Shown in pieces: positions 38,389-47,950 of a stretch of 64,000 nt of DNA. Under the pieces are notes generated by a model, which saw only the letters and a program-made list of their open reading frames with translations, did not search any database and was not told the origin of the DNA. The position numbers and the translations under genes were made by a program. Source of the stretch: Terriglobia bacterium (GTDB lineage: Bacteria > Acidobacteriota > Terriglobia > 20CM-2-55-15). The stretch covers positions 128,001-192,000 of the forward strand of contig CBDCLE010000005.1 in assembly GCA_965218585.1 (NCBI GenBank), given 5' to 3'. The first letter of the stretch is position 1. The number at the start of each line of letters is the position of its first letter.

Positions 38389-39606
38389 ATGACACAATCT
38401 TCCAAAGTGACCGACCGCCACCGGTTGATCATCATTCATTACAGTGAGTTGGGTCTCAAGAAGGGGAACCGGGACTTCTTCGAAAAGCGTCTATGCCGAA
38501 ACATCGACGAGATGCTTGACGGTTGCAGAGTAGGCAAGGTCAGCAGGATTTCGGGCAGGCTACTCCTCGACCTGGCTCCGGATTCAGCCACCGATGAGGT
38601 GAAACGCCGACTCAGGCAGGTTTTTGGCATCGCTTACTTCGGGGAAGGTTGGATGGTGGACTGGGAGATCGAAACTCTCACCGGTTCGGTCTGGGACCTT
38701 GTTGAAGACCGCAGTTTTGATTCCTTCAGAATCGATACCCGGAGGCCGGACAAGCGCTTCCCTCTGAACTCGATGGAGGTCAACCGCCGGATCGGCGGTT
38801 ACGTTCAGCAGCGTTCGGGGGCACGCGTGGATCTCGACGATGCCGAGTTCGTCTGCCGGATCGAACTCGTCGAAGGCCGGGCTCTGATTTCGGCCGAACG
38901 GATCAAGGGGCCTAGTGGCCTCCCCGTCCACACCGGAGGAAAGGTCGCTGTCCTCTTGTCGGGGGGCATCGACTCTCCGGTTGCGGCGTGGAGGATGATT
39001 CGGCGAGGCTGCAGCGCAGTCTTCATCCACTTCCACAGTTTTCCTCACACAAACAAGGAATCTCAGGATAAGGCTCGGCAGGTGGCCACTATTCTGGCAA
39101 GCCACCAGCTCCGATCGCGCATCTATATGGTTCCCTTCGTGGACATTCAGAGAAGGATTATGGTGGAGACACCGGTCGAGACGCGGGTGATTCTATATCG
39201 GAGATATATGTTTCGCCTTGCCGAGAGCCTGGCCAGGCGGGAAAAGGCCCGTGTTCTTGTTACTGGAGACAGTCTCGGGCAGGTCGCCTCTCAGACCCTG
39301 GAGAACATCGACGTGATCAGCCGCGCGATTTCGATGCCCGTGCTGCGACCGCTGGTCGGCAACGACAAGGAAGAAATCATTGCGATCGCTCGCAGAATCG
39401 GAACCTATGAGGTCTCGATTCTACCGGACCAGGACTGTTGTTCCCTTTTCGTTCCGAAGCATCCGGAGACAAGGGCAAACCTCCACAGGATCGAACAAAT
39501 AGAGCAGGATCTGGACATTTCAGCCGAGACCGAGGCCGCACTTTCGTCCGCAGAGGTTCTGGTACAATACCCCGCCTATGAAGTCGGGGCTGTTCGTCAG
39601 CTTTGA
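38389..39606 (+). CDS. thiI: tRNA 4-thiouridine synthase (no rhodanese domain)
   Basis: HYSELGLK..NR..F, THUMP domain, LLSGGIDSPVA, GDSLGQVASQTL, DCC. Confidence 0.93.
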   Translation: MTQSSKVTDRHRLIIIHYSELGLKKGNRDFFEKRLCRNIDEMLDGCRVGKVSRISGRLLLDLAPDSATDEVKRRLRQVFGIAYFGEGWMVDWEIETLTGSVWDLVEDRSFDSFRIDTRRPDKRFPLNSMEVNRRIGGYVQQRSGARVDLDDAEFVCRIELVEGRALISAERIKGPSGLPVHTGGKVAVLLSGGIDSPVAAWRMIRRGCSAVFIHFHSFPHTNKESQDKARQVATILASHQLRSRIYMVPFVDIQRRIMVETPVETRVILYRRYMFRLAESLARREKARVLVTGDSLGQVASQTLENIDVISRAISMPVLRPLVGNDKEEIIAIARRIGTYEVSILPDQDCCSLFVPKHPETRANLHRIEQIEQDLDISAETEAALSSAEVLVQYPAYEVGAVRQL

Positions 39607-40210
39607 GGGAATCGAAGGATGTGGCAAGACCACACAGATTTCAGAACTCTCTACTGCCCTTACTGAGCGAGGTGTCGCCCACACCGTCACCCGTGAGCCT
39701 GGGGGCACGGCTGTCGGGGATGGGATCCGGCGCATACTTCTCAACTCCGAGACAATTCATCTGACACCTGCAGCCGAGCTTCTGCTCTTCTACGCATCGC
39801 GCAGCCAGAACATTGAAGAAAAGATCCGTCCTGCCCTCGAGCAGGGCAAAATGGTGATCTGTGATCGTTTTTTCGATGCTTCCCTGGCCTATCAGGGCTA
39901 TGGCCGGGGGCTACCTCTGGAGTTGATCGACAGCCTGACCGACCTTGTTTGTGCTGAAAATCGTCCGGAACTGACGATCCTGCTCGATATCGAGCCCGAA
40001 ACAGGCCTGGCACGTGCCAGAAAGAGAAACAGTGCCCAGACCGAAGACGAGGGTCGGTTCGAGGCGGAGGAACTGGATTTCTATCAGAGAGTTCGGAGCG
40101 GGTATCTCGAGTTGGCTGCCCGGGAGCCGGAACGGATCAAGGTGGTTGCTGCCAGCGGAACTGTCAGCGAAGTGCACTCTGAGATCCGCCGTGTTCTGGG
40201 GCTTGACTGA
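39578..40210 (+). CDS. tmk: Thymidylate kinase
   Basis: FEGIEGCGKTTQ, TREPGGT, DRF..AS.AYQG. Confidence 0.96.
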   Translation: MKSGLFVSFEGIEGCGKTTQISELSTALTERGVAHTVTREPGGTAVGDGIRRILLNSETIHLTPAAELLLFYASRSQNIEEKIRPALEQGKMVICDRFFDASLAYQGYGRGLPLELIDSLTDLVCAENRPELTILLDIEPETGLARARKRNSAQTEDEGRFEAEELDFYQRVRSGYLELAAREPERIKVVAASGTVSEVHSEIRRVLGLD

Positions 40211-40211
40211 C

Positions 40212-41219
40212 ATGAGCTTCGCTGATCCCTTTTTTGGAAACGCCGGCCCCATTTCTCAGCTGGATCGTAAGCTCGTCCAGGGCCGTCTGCCCCATGCCAT
40301 GATCTTTACGGGTCCCGAAGGGGTTGGTAAACGAACGTGTGCGCTTCGAATGGCCCAGGCTCTCCAGTGTGAACAACCCGGGTCGGGACGGTGCGCGGCC
40401 TGCGGGCCGTGCCGGAAAATCGAGAACGGATCGCATCCCGACGTCGCCACCCTGACTCTCGAACCGGATGCGAGTCAGATCAAGATCGAACAGGTTCGCA
40501 AGCTCAGGTCGACACTGGACTTTGAACCGCTGGAAGGAGCCGCAAAAGTTTATGTGATAGATCCCGCTGAGCGCATGACGCCCAGTGCGGCCAATGCCCT
40601 GCTCAAGGCTCTTGAGGAACCCCCGCCAGTTACCTATTTCTTCCTCATCACAGTAAATGTCATGGAATTGCTCGCGACGATCCGGTCGAGAAGTCAGACC
40701 TATAATTTTTCTCCCGTGTCCCTGGAAGAGATCCGGGAAGTTGGCATTACCGATGAGCTGGTTCTTCGGTGGTCTCAGGGAAGTGTTGGCCGAGCTCTGG
40801 ATACAGACCCCGAGGAGTTGCAGTCGCAGCGTGAGGCCCTCCTCGGTTTTCTGGAAACTGCCATGACGGCCCGTGATGCCTCGCTCGTTGACCTGCTCGG
40901 GGCAAGCGCGGAACTTGCACGCTCTAAGGAGGACTATCGGGATCGCATCCGGATCCTCGGCGTTCTGGTTTCCGATCTGCTTTTCCTGAAAGAGGGCATG
41001 AATCACAGGCTCGTCAATGTGGACATCCGGGAACGTCTGGACGCACTCGGGGAGACTGCATCTCTTGACCGCATTGTACAAGTGGGTGATTGTCTCAAGT
41101 TCATTGAGGTAAACCTGAAACACTACGTCAACCGTCAGATGATGACCGATCGGCTTGCTCTCACGTTGAATCCGGCCACTGCCGAATTACTGCATGACAA
41201 ACCCTGGGAGTGGGGATAA
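40212..41219 (+). CDS. holB: DNA polymerase III delta' subunit
   Basis: HAMIFTGPEGVGK, C..C..C zinc module, HPD, AANALLKALEEP, TIRSR; follows tmk. Confidence 0.92.
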   Translation: MSFADPFFGNAGPISQLDRKLVQGRLPHAMIFTGPEGVGKRTCALRMAQALQCEQPGSGRCAACGPCRKIENGSHPDVATLTLEPDASQIKIEQVRKLRSTLDFEPLEGAAKVYVIDPAERMTPSAANALLKALEEPPPVTYFFLITVNVMELLATIRSRSQTYNFSPVSLEEIREVGITDELVLRWSQGSVGRALDTDPEELQSQREALLGFLETAMTARDASLVDLLGASAELARSKEDYRDRIRILGVLVSDLLFLKEGMNHRLVNVDIRERLDALGETASLDRIVQVGDCLKFIEVNLKHYVNRQMMTDRLALTLNPATAELLHDKPWEWG

Positions 41220-41424
41220 AATGTCTCTCAAGGGTGAATGACATACCGCAGATGGTAGAAATCTGCTCCTAAAAAATATTTTGGGATTGACGTCCCGAGG
41301 TTAATGTATCCCCGGCCGCTGCCGTGGGTGGGTCTGACCTCTGAAAACTGACACGGGTACGGGAATGGTTGCTCCAGGCCTGTCTTCGCCCTCGACAGAA
41401 CAAGAGAACCTAGAGAGGAACGCG

Positions 41425-41727
41425 ATGTCCAATCGGAAATTAATTCGCCCCAGCCTGTCAGAACTGAAAGATCAGATGACAGTCCGGCAAGTCAGGAGAA
41501 AAGCGGTTCCAGGCGACCAGACGAATGCTGAAAACTTCTATTACGTTAAACAGATGCAGAATCGGACCCCGATGGTTCTGGTCTTGAAAGACGGTGAACA
41601 GATTCATGGCGTGATCGAGTGGTATGACAAGCATTCGCTGAAAGTGAATCGAGTATCGGAACCCAACCTCCTCATTCTCAAGCACAACATAAAGTACATG
41701 TATAAGGCCGAAGAGAACGGAGACTGA
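41425..41727 (+). CDS. Hfq-like (Sm-fold) RNA chaperone, divergent
   Basis: [20 protein letters not shown]...LLILKHNI aligns by eye with Hfq Sm1/Sm2 (PV.IYL.NG..L.G.I..FD...MVYKHAI). Confidence 0.7.
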   Translation: MSNRKLIRPSLSELKDQMTVRQVRRKAVPGDQTNAENFYYVKQMQNRTPMVLVLKDGEQIHGVIEWYDKHSLKVNRVSEPNLLILKHNIKYMYKAEENGD

Positions 41728-41777
41728 AGGCGTCACTTGTTGGTTTCAGGGCCGAAGATGAACACCCGGTCCCACAG

Positions 41778-42740
41778 ATGAAAATCGGGATTACTGCCGG
41801 GGACCCTGCCGGCATCGGTCTGGAAATCATCCTGAAATCGATCCGGCCCTTCCTGTCACGGGCCGAGTGGGTGCTTTTCGGTGAAGAGGGGGACTTCGAA
41901 GCTAACCTCGAGCGCTTCGCTCCTGACCTGCCGTGGTCTCGGACAGAAAACTTCCAGAAAACTCAGACAGGACGCCTCTGGTTTTTTCCGACCGGGAGTG
42001 GCCAAGCCTCGCCCTGGGGAAAGGGTACGGATGAAACCGGGAGTCGGGCGCTCGCTGCGCTGGAGGCTGGGGGCCGCCGAGCTCGGTCGGGAGAACTCGC
42101 TGCCCTTGTGACGGCCCCTCTCAGCAAGGAGTTGATCGGCGACGGGTTCATAGGTCAGACCGAGTTTCTCCGAGATCAGTCAAACGCATCGCGCGTAGCG
42201 ATGTCGTTCTTTACAGAAAGCTTCAAGGTGGTTCTGGCGACCACCCACCTTTCACTTATCGATGCGGTCCGGTCCCTTGCTGAAACAACCTACTGTGACC
42301 TCATCAGATTTATCGACACCGAATTCCAGCGGTATCGATTCGATCGGCCACGGATCGCCGTGGCTGCAGTCAATCCGCACGCTGGCGAAGGCGGAATGTT
42401 CGGCAGTGAAGACGACGAAGTTCTGAAGCCGGCTGTAATGACATGTGCCAGTGAGGGAATCAACGTGTCCGGACCGCACTCCGCGGACAGTCTTTATCAG
42501 CGGGCGCGTGGAGGAGAGTTCGATGTCGTCCTGGCTCCCTATCACGATCAGGGTCTGATACCCGTGAAACTGATCGCTCCACGCTCGGCGGCCAATGTCA
42601 CCCTGGGGCTCCCCTACGTGCGCACTTCACCCGACCACGGCACCGCATTCGCGATAGCAGGACAGGGCGGAGCGGAAACCGGAGGTATGGAGACGGCCTT
42701 CAGGTGGGCTCTTGAGCTTGCGAGGAGGCGGGCTGAATAG
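41778..42740 (+). CDS. pdxA: 4-hydroxythreonine-4-phosphate dehydrogenase
   Basis: GDPAGIG.E, TAP..K, G.TEFL, NPHAGE.G, YHDQGLIP.K, RTSPDHGTA. Confidence 0.93.
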   Translation: MKIGITAGDPAGIGLEIILKSIRPFLSRAEWVLFGEEGDFEANLERFAPDLPWSRTENFQKTQTGRLWFFPTGSGQASPWGKGTDETGSRALAALEAGGRRARSGELAALVTAPLSKELIGDGFIGQTEFLRDQSNASRVAMSFFTESFKVVLATTHLSLIDAVRSLAETTYCDLIRFIDTEFQRYRFDRPRIAVAAVNPHAGEGGMFGSEDDEVLKPAVMTCASEGINVSGPHSADSLYQRARGGEFDVVLAPYHDQGLIPVKLIAPRSAANVTLGLPYVRTSPDHGTAFAIAGQGGAETGGMETAFRWALELARRRAE

Positions 42741-42768
42741 AGTGAGTTGTGACATTTTTCAGGCTGGT

Positions 42769-42877
42769 CGCTGAAGATTTCGCTCGGTCGTTCAGACGGC
42801 CATTCATGGCCGAACGACCGGCGACGCTCGCGATCATCCTGATCGCAAGCCTTTTTGGGGACACAGCGGAACGTTAC
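42769..42877 (-). repeat. Structured dispersed repeat type B, copy 2
   Basis: Reverse complement of 10175-10282 with a different internal hairpin. Confidence 0.88.
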
Positions 42878-42892
42878 CGGAAGCTCCAGAAA

Positions 42893-42923
42893 GGCCCCGC
42901 ACGGTCCCTCCGTGCGGGGGGCC
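42893..42923. other. Strong GC hairpin between convergent pdxA and fur-family genes
   Basis: CCCCGCACGG-TCCCT-CCGTGCGGGG, no U-tract. Confidence 0.5.
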
Positions 42924-43023
42924 AACGAGGCGGAAGCCGATGCGGCGGGAGTAATGAGATAACTCGATCGGGTAGTTCTTCACTTTAGTTTCTCAGCTTC
43001 ACGAACGACCGGCGGAACACTAC

Positions 43024-43103
43024 TAAAAGTGGGGACAGGTCACTCTTTTTGTCAGATGAAGACCAGCGTATGGCTCAAAAAGAGTGACCTGTCCCCACTT
43101 TTA
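43024..43103. repeat. Palindromic repeat type A, copy 2
   Basis: Perfect 28-bp inverted repeat TAAAAGTGGGGACAGGTCACTCTTTTTG / CAAAAAGAGTGACCTGTCCCCACTTTTA; 24-nt spacer shares TGAAGACCAGCGTATGGCT with copy 1. Confidence 0.93.
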
Positions 43104-43110
43104 AAGGGCC

Positions 43111-43548
43111 TTACGAACGACAAGCCGAACACAGTCCATAGACCTGCAATTTGTGATCGAGGACTTTGAAGCCGAGGCGCGATGATGCCGAGTCCTGAAT
43201 CTTTTCCAGTTCAGCGTTAAAGAATTCGATCGACGTGCCACACCCGGTGCAGACCAAATGGTCGTGGTGCTTGTGGTTGTAAAGGTGTTCGTAACGCGTC
43301 AGTCCATCCGCGAGGTCTATCTCCCGCGCCAGCCCTGCTTCGATCAGCAACTTCATCGTTCGATACACGGTCGTATATCCGATCCGTGAATCTTCACTGC
43401 GGACTTCCCGGTAGATGTCTTCGACGCTTCGATGGCCTTCGCCAGCCAGAAAGGTTTCGAGGATGAGTTTGCGGTGCGTGGTTTGCTTGAGTCTCTTTGA
43501 GCCTAGGTATTCCTTAAAGATCTGCAATTCGGGCGAGATCTTTTCCAT
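43111..43548 (-). CDS. Fur family transcriptional regulator
   Basis: T..R..IL, H.S.E, TVYRT..L, HHDHLVC..CG, C..C. Confidence 0.93.
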   Translation of the reverse strand: MEKISPELQIFKEYLGSKRLKQTTHRKLILETFLAGEGHRSVEDIYREVRSEDSRIGYTTVYRTMKLLIEAGLAREIDLADGLTRYEHLYNHKHHDHLVCTGCGTSIEFFNAELEKIQDSASSRLGFKVLDHKLQVYGLCSACRS

Positions 43549-43552
43549 AGGA

Positions 43553-44944
43553 TCAGGTGGGCGGCTGTGGGGGTATGAGCTTGACGACGTCGTTGTAGAT
43601 GACGAAAACGATCAACGTCAGCAGGAAAACGAAACTGACCTGGACAATGCGTTCCTTCATCGCCAGGCTCAGATCGTGCCGCATGATGCCTTCGATAAGG
43701 AGCAGAAACATGACGCCGCCGTCGAGTATCGGTATCGGTAGGAGATTGATCACTCCCAGGTTGAGGCTGATCAGAGCCATAAATCGCACCAGAGGAGCGA
43801 GACCGGCTTGCAGGGCCTGACCCGAATAGTTGACGATCCCTATGGGGCCGTCGAGGGATCGCATCGACGCCTCTCTACGTACAAGTCGTCCCAGTATCTC
43901 GAAGATGAGCATGGCATCGCCCGCGTTTGTCTGGACGGAGCGGGCTATGGAGTCGAGGAAGCCGAGCTTGATCGTGACCGTCGGTACGGGTGGGTACATG
44001 ATCCCGATCATGCGCTGCCCGTCTGCGTTGGCTTCGGGTCGGATTTCGAGATCTATCCGCTGCGCCTCACAGGGGCTTGCTTCGCCTTGATCAAGCGATT
44101 GATCTACGGAGGCAGACACCGTAGCGCATCGCATGACGGCGATGGGCAGTACTTCGGTTTCGCTGGTCTGAATGATTTCGTTGATCGAGCGGTTGGACGT
44201 CAACAGGTCGATGTTGTCGACAGCGATGATCTCGTCGCCCGGCAGCAGACCTCCCCGTTCAGCCGGTGAGTCAGCGCTCGAATAACCCTCTACGACAATT
44301 CGGTTGCGCGGAAACATTCCCGCGTAACCTGTTTCGTTGCGAGGTTGACGTCGAGGTATGAGCGTTATGTCGACGCGCTCGCCATTGCGATCCAGCGTCG
44401 CCTCGATCGGTCTTTCAGGGCTCAGGATGACGTTGGTTTCCACTTCCTGCCAGGTGGGGTTCTCTTCCCCGTCGAATTCCAGAATCAGATCTCCGGGCCG
44501 GATACCCGCTGTTTCTGCCGGAGACCCTTCCTCGACGATGTCAACGCGCGCAGCGCCCTGCAGGAATTCAGGTACTGCTGTCCCATACATATACAGTCCG
44601 GCCAGGAGTGCTACGGCCAGGACACCGTTCATTGCCGGACCCGCAAAGGCAATCAGGAACCGTTGCCATTTGGGCTTGGACATGAACTCATCCGGATCCC
44701 CGGTCACTTCGTCATCGGGGTTTTCCCCGCTCATCTTGACGTAGCCGCCCAGCGGCAGCGCGCTCAGCCTGTAGTCGGTCCCACCGTATCGGAAACCGAA
44801 TATACGTGGACCAAAGCCGACTGAAAAGGTTTCCACCCTAACCTTGAAGAGTTTGGCGACAAAGAAGTGGCCGGCCTCGTGGATGACAATGATCACTCCG
44901 AGGACAATGAGGGCACCGACAATACTGGTGAGAAGTGTCGTCAT
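43553..44944 (-). CDS. rseP: RIP metalloprotease RseP (two PDZ domains)
   Basis: HEAGH, FSVGFG, PLGGYV, AGPAMN, NLLPIPILDGG. Confidence 0.95.
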   Translation of the reverse strand: MTTLLTSIVGALIVLGVIIVIHEAGHFFVAKLFKVRVETFSVGFGPRIFGFRYGGTDYRLSALPLGGYVKMSGENPDDEVTGDPDEFMSKPKWQRFLIAFAGPAMNGVLAVALLAGLYMYGTAVPEFLQGAARVDIVEEGSPAETAGIRPGDLILEFDGEENPTWQEVETNVILSPERPIEATLDRNGERVDITLIPRRQPRNETGYAGMFPRNRIVVEGYSSADSPAERGGLLPGDEIIAVDNIDLLTSNRSINEIIQTSETEVLPIAVMRCATVSASVDQSLDQGEASPCEAQRIDLEIRPEANADGQRMIGIMYPPVPTVTIKLGFLDSIARSVQTNAGDAMLIFEILGRLVRREASMRSLDGPIGIVNYSGQALQAGLAPLVRFMALISLNLGVINLLPIPILDGGVMFLLLIEGIMRHDLSLAMKERIVQVSFVFLLTLIVFVIYNDVVKLIPPQPPT

Positions 44945-45146
44945 CTTTATGTGTCTCTAAGTTGCATCAGCCTACGACTGTCAGTCGAGGAGCACCCTCG
45001 TTCCGGCTCCAAGTCGGTCGAAGCGGATGCCGGGTTCTGTCCCGATGTCGAAGTCTCCTCTGCTCATGCAGGACCAAACATCCAGCCAACTCCGCGTAAT
45101 TTTACCATGGAAGCACAGCATCCAAGCTCATTGGACGGTGAATCCG

Positions 45147-46325
45147 CTATATGGTTTGCGATCGTTTTCGCTCCGTTACCGAGCGGGCGTATTCCCGGGC
45201 CCAACCGTCGGCAGCGAGGACGCGTGCCACGCTATTTGCAGGTCCTGGATCGTGCGCATCAAGGACTGTCTCGATGACGCCCGTCAGATCACTGAACCGG
45301 ATACGTCCCTCCAGAAAGGCCTCAACAGCAATCTCGTCTGCAGCGTTGAGAACGGCAGGTGCGGTGCCTCCAATTTCAATTGCCCGATAGGCCATGGAGA
45401 CCGCGGGGAACTTTTTCCGGTCCGGCTCCTGAAATTCCAGCGCTGGAAGCGCTGCCCAGTCCAGCGACGGTACGGGCGAGAACTTCCGATCCGGATACGT
45501 CAGAGCGTACTGAATGGGTCCCCGCATGTCTGCCGGGCCCAACTGGGCCACAATGGAGCCATCCACAAACTCGACCATCGAATGGACGACCGACTGTGGA
45601 TGGATCACGACTTCAACTGACGAAGGTTCAACATCAAACAGCCAGCGGGCCTCGATGACTTCGAAGCCTTTGTTCATCAAAGTCGCAGAGTCTACCGTGA
45701 TGCGCGGGCCCATCTTCCATGTCGGGTGATCCAGGGCCTCTTCGGGAGTGACCTTTTCGAACTCGGAGGAGGGCCGGTGGAGGAAAGGTCCGCCGGATGC
45801 CGTCAGTATCAGGCGGCGCACCTCCTTATTCCGTCCCGCCCGAAGACACTGATCGATGGCGTTGTGTTCGCTGTCGACGGGCAGGATGACACCGCCGCTC
45901 TTGTCCGCTGTTTCCCTGAGGAGCTCGCCGGCAATCACCATCGCTTCCTTGTTTGCGAGGGCCACTCTTTTTCCGGCCGCCAGTGCCGCGAAGGTGGGTT
46001 CGAGGCCCGCGGCCCCGACCGCAGCGGAAACGACTATGTCGACGTCGCCGCTCTCTGCGAGCGAGCGGAGCCCCCCTGGCCCATCCAGTACCTTTGGAGG
46101 AGCAATCCCGACACGACCGCATTCTTTTTGGAACGGCTCCACCTGTGCAGAATCGGCGACGACAACAGTCCGCGGGTTGTAGCGAGCCGCCTGTTCGGCC
46201 AGAGCGGCCACGGACCGATTGGCCGCCAGACCGACGACCTCGAAATCGTCGTCCAGATAGTCGACGACGCTCAGCGTGTTTCGGCCTACCGACCCAGTCG
46301 ATCCGATTATTGCGATGCGTTTCAT
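45147..46325 (-). CDS. dxr: 1-deoxy-D-xylulose-5-phosphate reductoisomerase
   Basis: GSTGSVG, LANKE, PVDSEH, TASGGPF, HPTWKMG, DSATLMNK. Confidence 0.97.
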   Translation of the reverse strand: MKRIAIIGSTGSVGRNTLSVVDYLDDDFEVVGLAANRSVAALAEQAARYNPRTVVVADSAQVEPFQKECGRVGIAPPKVLDGPGGLRSLAESGDVDIVVSAAVGAAGLEPTFAALAAGKRVALANKEAMVIAGELLRETADKSGGVILPVDSEHNAIDQCLRAGRNKEVRRLILTASGGPFLHRPSSEFEKVTPEEALDHPTWKMGPRITVDSATLMNKGFEVIEARWLFDVEPSSVEVVIHPQSVVHSMVEFVDGSIVAQLGPADMRGPIQYALTYPDRKFSPVPSLDWAALPALEFQEPDRKKFPAVSMAYRAIEIGGTAPAVLNAADEIAVEAFLEGRIRFSDLTGVIETVLDAHDPGPANSVARVLAADGWAREYARSVTERKRSQTI

Positions 46326-47089
46326 TACGCCAAAGGTAGCAGGAAATAGAATACAGGCGCAGCAAACAGCAAGCTATCCACCCGATCCAGAACTCCACCA
46401 TGTCCCGGCAACCGGGCGGAAGAATCCTTGACGCCCACGCTGCGCTTAATCGCCGATTCCCATAAATCACCCCCCTGTCCGACCAGTGCAGTCGCTAACG
46501 ATATGAGAACCATTCCGAGATACGGGGTTTCCAGCAACGCTGCACCAAGTCCCACCCCCACGGAGACGCTAGCGACCAGGCCGGCAATTGAGCCTTCGAT
46601 CGTCTTTTTTGGACTGATTGCAGGGGCTAAACGATGCTTTCCCCAGGCCCGCCCTATGTAGTAGGCGGCTACATCGCCAGCCCATATGATTCCAAGAACG
46701 ACGAACACTGCAAACCGCGGCAGGAGAATAAGAAAACCCAACAGCATGCAGGTATAGACCAGTCCCCCGACACCATCGGCGAGTCGGGCGAACGCTTCCG
46801 ATACCGACTTACAGGTGAGCGCTGTTAGCAACAGAAGTCCAGTGCCGAGGAGGAGAACTCCCAGTATCGAAACCGGGGGGCCAAGAAAGGAAAGAGTGAG
46901 GGCTCCCCCCACGGGCAGGAACCAGTAGCCTGAACGGCTGACTCCCCGCAAGGCACGCAGGTCGAGGAACTCGTCCAACGCCATCACGCCCACCAACGCA
47001 ATCAGGGAGGCGAAAACCCAATCAGATCCCCAATACGTGATGCCGAGCACGACAGGAACACCCGCGGCCGCGGTCAGAACCCGATTCAT
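46325..47089 (-). CDS. cdsA: Phosphatidate cytidylyltransferase
   Basis: D..AY..G...GKH.LAP.ISPKKT.EG, GDL.ES..KR..GVKDS..LPGHGG.LDR.D. Confidence 0.95.
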   Translation of the reverse strand: MNRVLTAAAGVPVVLGITYWGSDWVFASLIALVGVMALDEFLDLRALRGVSRSGYWFLPVGGALTLSFLGPPVSILGVLLLGTGLLLLTALTCKSVSEAFARLADGVGGLVYTCMLLGFLILLPRFAVFVVLGIIWAGDVAAYYIGRAWGKHRLAPAISPKKTIEGSIAGLVASVSVGVGLGAALLETPYLGMVLISLATALVGQGGDLWESAIKRSVGVKDSSARLPGHGGVLDRVDSLLFAAPVFYFLLPLA

Positions 47090-47865
47090 CGCGACATTCG
47101 AGCATGCACACCTCCGCTACGGGCCGCCAAGCCGCCGTAGCGGCGCTCGCGCTTCTGAAACGCAATGATCGCCTCATAGAGGTGCTGTCGGCGGAAATCG
47201 GGCCAGAGCGTGTCTGTTACCCAGATTTCTGAATAGGCTATTTGCCAGAGAAGAAAGTTGCTGATACGCAGTTCACCGCTAGTCCGGATCAACAGATCGG
47301 GATCCGGCAGTTTGGCGGTGTAGAGTCTGCCGACCAATTCTTCCTCCGTGATCCCGTCAAGCAACTGAGGATTGGTCCGGGCCTCGGCAAGTACTTTATT
47401 CACAGCGTTGATCAGTTCAGCGCGGCCGCTGTAGTTGAGGGCAACGTTAAAGCGAAGCCCGGTGTTTGATCGTGTGCGTTCGATGGCCGATTCGAGTTCT
47501 TGATGGATCGAGAGGCCGAGCCCGGCCGTGTCCCCCAGTGTCTCGAACCGAATGTTGTTCCTGTCCAGGTTATCGAGTTCCGTGTCGAGATATTCCCGCA
47601 GAAGCCGCATCAGTGTCTCGACTTCCCTTCTCGGACGTTTCCAGTTCTCCGTGGAGAACGCATACAGAGTCAGCGCCTCGATCCCGAGTTCGGCCGACGC
47701 TTCGAGAACATCGCGGACCGACTCGATGCCGGCACGATGACCTGCAACGCGGGGGAGGCGACGCCCTCTGGCCCAACGGCCGTTCCCGTCCATGATTATG
47801 GCGATGTGAACGGGTAGTGCTTTGGGGTCGATCAGACTGGCCACATCCTGTCCGGCATTGGACAT
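47086..47865 (-). CDS. uppS: Undecaprenyl diphosphate synthase (isoprenyl transferase)
   Basis: HIAIIMDGNGRWA, YAFSTENWKRP, IRTSGE.RISNFLLWQ; start ATG 47865 assumed. Confidence 0.96.
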   Translation of the reverse strand: MSNAGQDVASLIDPKALPVHIAIIMDGNGRWARGRRLPRVAGHRAGIESVRDVLEASAELGIEALTLYAFSTENWKRPRREVETLMRLLREYLDTELDNLDRNNIRFETLGDTAGLGLSIHQELESAIERTRSNTGLRFNVALNYSGRAELINAVNKVLAEARTNPQLLDGITEEELVGRLYTAKLPDPDLLIRTSGELRISNFLLWQIAYSEIWVTDTLWPDFRRQHLYEAIIAFQKRERRYGGLAARSGGVHARMSR

Positions 47866-47950
47866 AAGTAGGGTAATGTTACCACTTCGCCGCGATGTAG
47901 CCTGAGCCTCGGTCTCGGACACTTCTATCGGGAATCCCCGAAGCGGCGAG

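Noticed and set aside
44945-45146. ncRNA in the 200-nt dxr-rseP gap
   Set aside because: Only a candidate TGgTAAAAT -10 box was seen; no convincing structure or repeat
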